Shown here: positions 62,801 through 64,000 of the stretch, piece after piece | Layout of the letters: each line of letters begins with the position of its first letter | Position numbering within the stretch: position 1 is the first letter of the stretch | DNA from: Podarcis tiliguerta | Lineage: Eukaryota | DNA length: 64,000 nt | Assembly (NCBI GenBank): GCA_965153285.1 | Contig: OZ229111.1 | Strand: one strand, 5' to 3' | Position numbers and translations under genes: made by a program | Notes under the pieces: generated by a model | The model's database searches: none | Told to the model about the DNA's origin: nothing | Seen by the model: only the letters and a program-made list of their open reading frames with translations

Positions 62801-63104
62801 GTACGGTTTAATTGTCAAAATCTCCATGCAGTTTGCATTGGGCATAAATGAGGTCTCCATGACCAAAGGTAGTAGAACTTTGAAGTCCAGATGCTGGGGA
62901 TAAATCAGAAAGGTTGGCCACCATCGCTTTCGTTGCACTGTTTGTGAGCTTCTCAGAACCACCCATCTGGTTGCTGTTGGAAACAGAATGCTAGCTACCG
63001 CAGGTGGACCTTGACCTGCTCTAGGAATAATAATAATTTTATTTTTTTATTCCCCAGCCACTCACGGCAGTCAAGTTCTTATCAGATCAATATTACATTG
63101 GTAA

Positions 63105-63255
63105 TAAAGATCAGTGAAAGAACAAGTGATTTGCATGCGAAAGGTCCCAATTCTCAGCATCACCAGATAGGCATAGGAAAGACTCTTACGTGATAACACC
63201 AAGGACCAGTCAGTATAGACCATGCTGAGCTAGACCGACCAATGTTCTGACTTAC
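63105..63255 (+). mobile_element. Degraded Squam3-like SINE
   Basis: ttgcatgcgaaaggtccca...cagtcagtatagaccatgctgagctagaccgaccaatg; related by reverse complement to 53834-53935 and 45186-45260. Confidence 0.55.
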
Positions 63256-64000
63256 TATGTTCTGACATAGTAAAGCAGGGTACTGCATTCCTGTGCCACA
63301 CACACCATACCCAAATCCTCTTCCAACATGTCAGTTCTGTTTCAGCAACCTGTGAATAATAGGAGTGAGGGTTTCCCCACCTTTACACTGTGAAGGCAGA
63401 GAATGTCTACAGCTCTACACAGAACGAAATGGACATGTGTAGTGTCCATGGACTATGTAGCTGAGCCAAACTTTCTTAGAGGGAATTTTTCTGAGAGAAT
63501 TTGATTCTTTTCCTTTTTCTCACCCCCCCCCCCCCAGCCAAAGGTGTTGTAACGGATAAATTTCTTCGCCACTTATTTCCATGTTGTTGCATTTTAGGAT
63601 GAATGTTGTTACTGCTATAACTGTAAAACCAATTTTTAAAATAGGTTATAAAACAAGGGAAAAGGCTGACCATACTCCTCCCCCCCCCCCCAAAAAAAAT
63701 TTCCATCAGTTTTGGGGGTGGGTGAGTGGGCACAATTCCTCCTTCAGTGCTCCATCGCAGCGAATGCAAACGGCGCTCAGGCTGTTGCTGCCACTGCCAC
63801 TATTCAAAACGCAGGTAATGGCAACAAAAATAAAAGCCCTTAGGGGTAAAAGGAAAATAGATGCTGTGCTGCTACTGATAGTGAGGCCACCTTGGGAAGC
63901 GTGTGGAGAATTTCTCTTCTGCCTGTAAAGATTTGGTGAAATGGTTCCTCCTTACTACCCGATTTCAGAAACGGAAGAGGCTATTAATGTACTGTTCACT

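Noticed and set aside
1-64000. CRISPR arrays, rRNA/tRNA genes, prokaryotic or viral systems
   Set aside because: No repeat-spacer array, operon or viral ORF seen; the window is spliced vertebrate DNA

Overview
Vertebrate genomic DNA from a squamate reptile, probably a lacertid lizard (inferred from Sauria SINEs, Squam3-like SINEs and lizard-type MITEs). 1-33.9 kb (+): the 3' half of TNRC6C (GW182 family, the miRNA-silencing scaffold). I can place 11 constitutive coding exons with GT-AG boundaries and consistent phases, one 117-nt cassette exon, the stop at 31124 and a ~2.75-kb 3' UTR ending near AATAAA 33858. One expected ~120-nt exon is not visible and probably lies in the 148-N gap (7570-7717). 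43287-43913 (-): an intact, intronless 208-aa Ras-family GTPase of the RASD/Rhes group resembling fish rasd4, with atypical G-box residues (A12, S59, S61, NKxE) and a CaaX tail. ~46.7-47.05 kb: a CpG-enriched promoter-like segment with an outward-facing splice donor on each strand. The rest is intronic or intergenic with many transposon fragments, and no further coding gene is recognisable. Most interesting candidates: the RASD4-like gene, a possible poison exon in TNRC6C (24902-24936), a 44-bp hairpin (56699-56808) and the possible bidirectional promoter. All coordinates were read by hand, no database search was run, and comparisons with known sequences are from memory.
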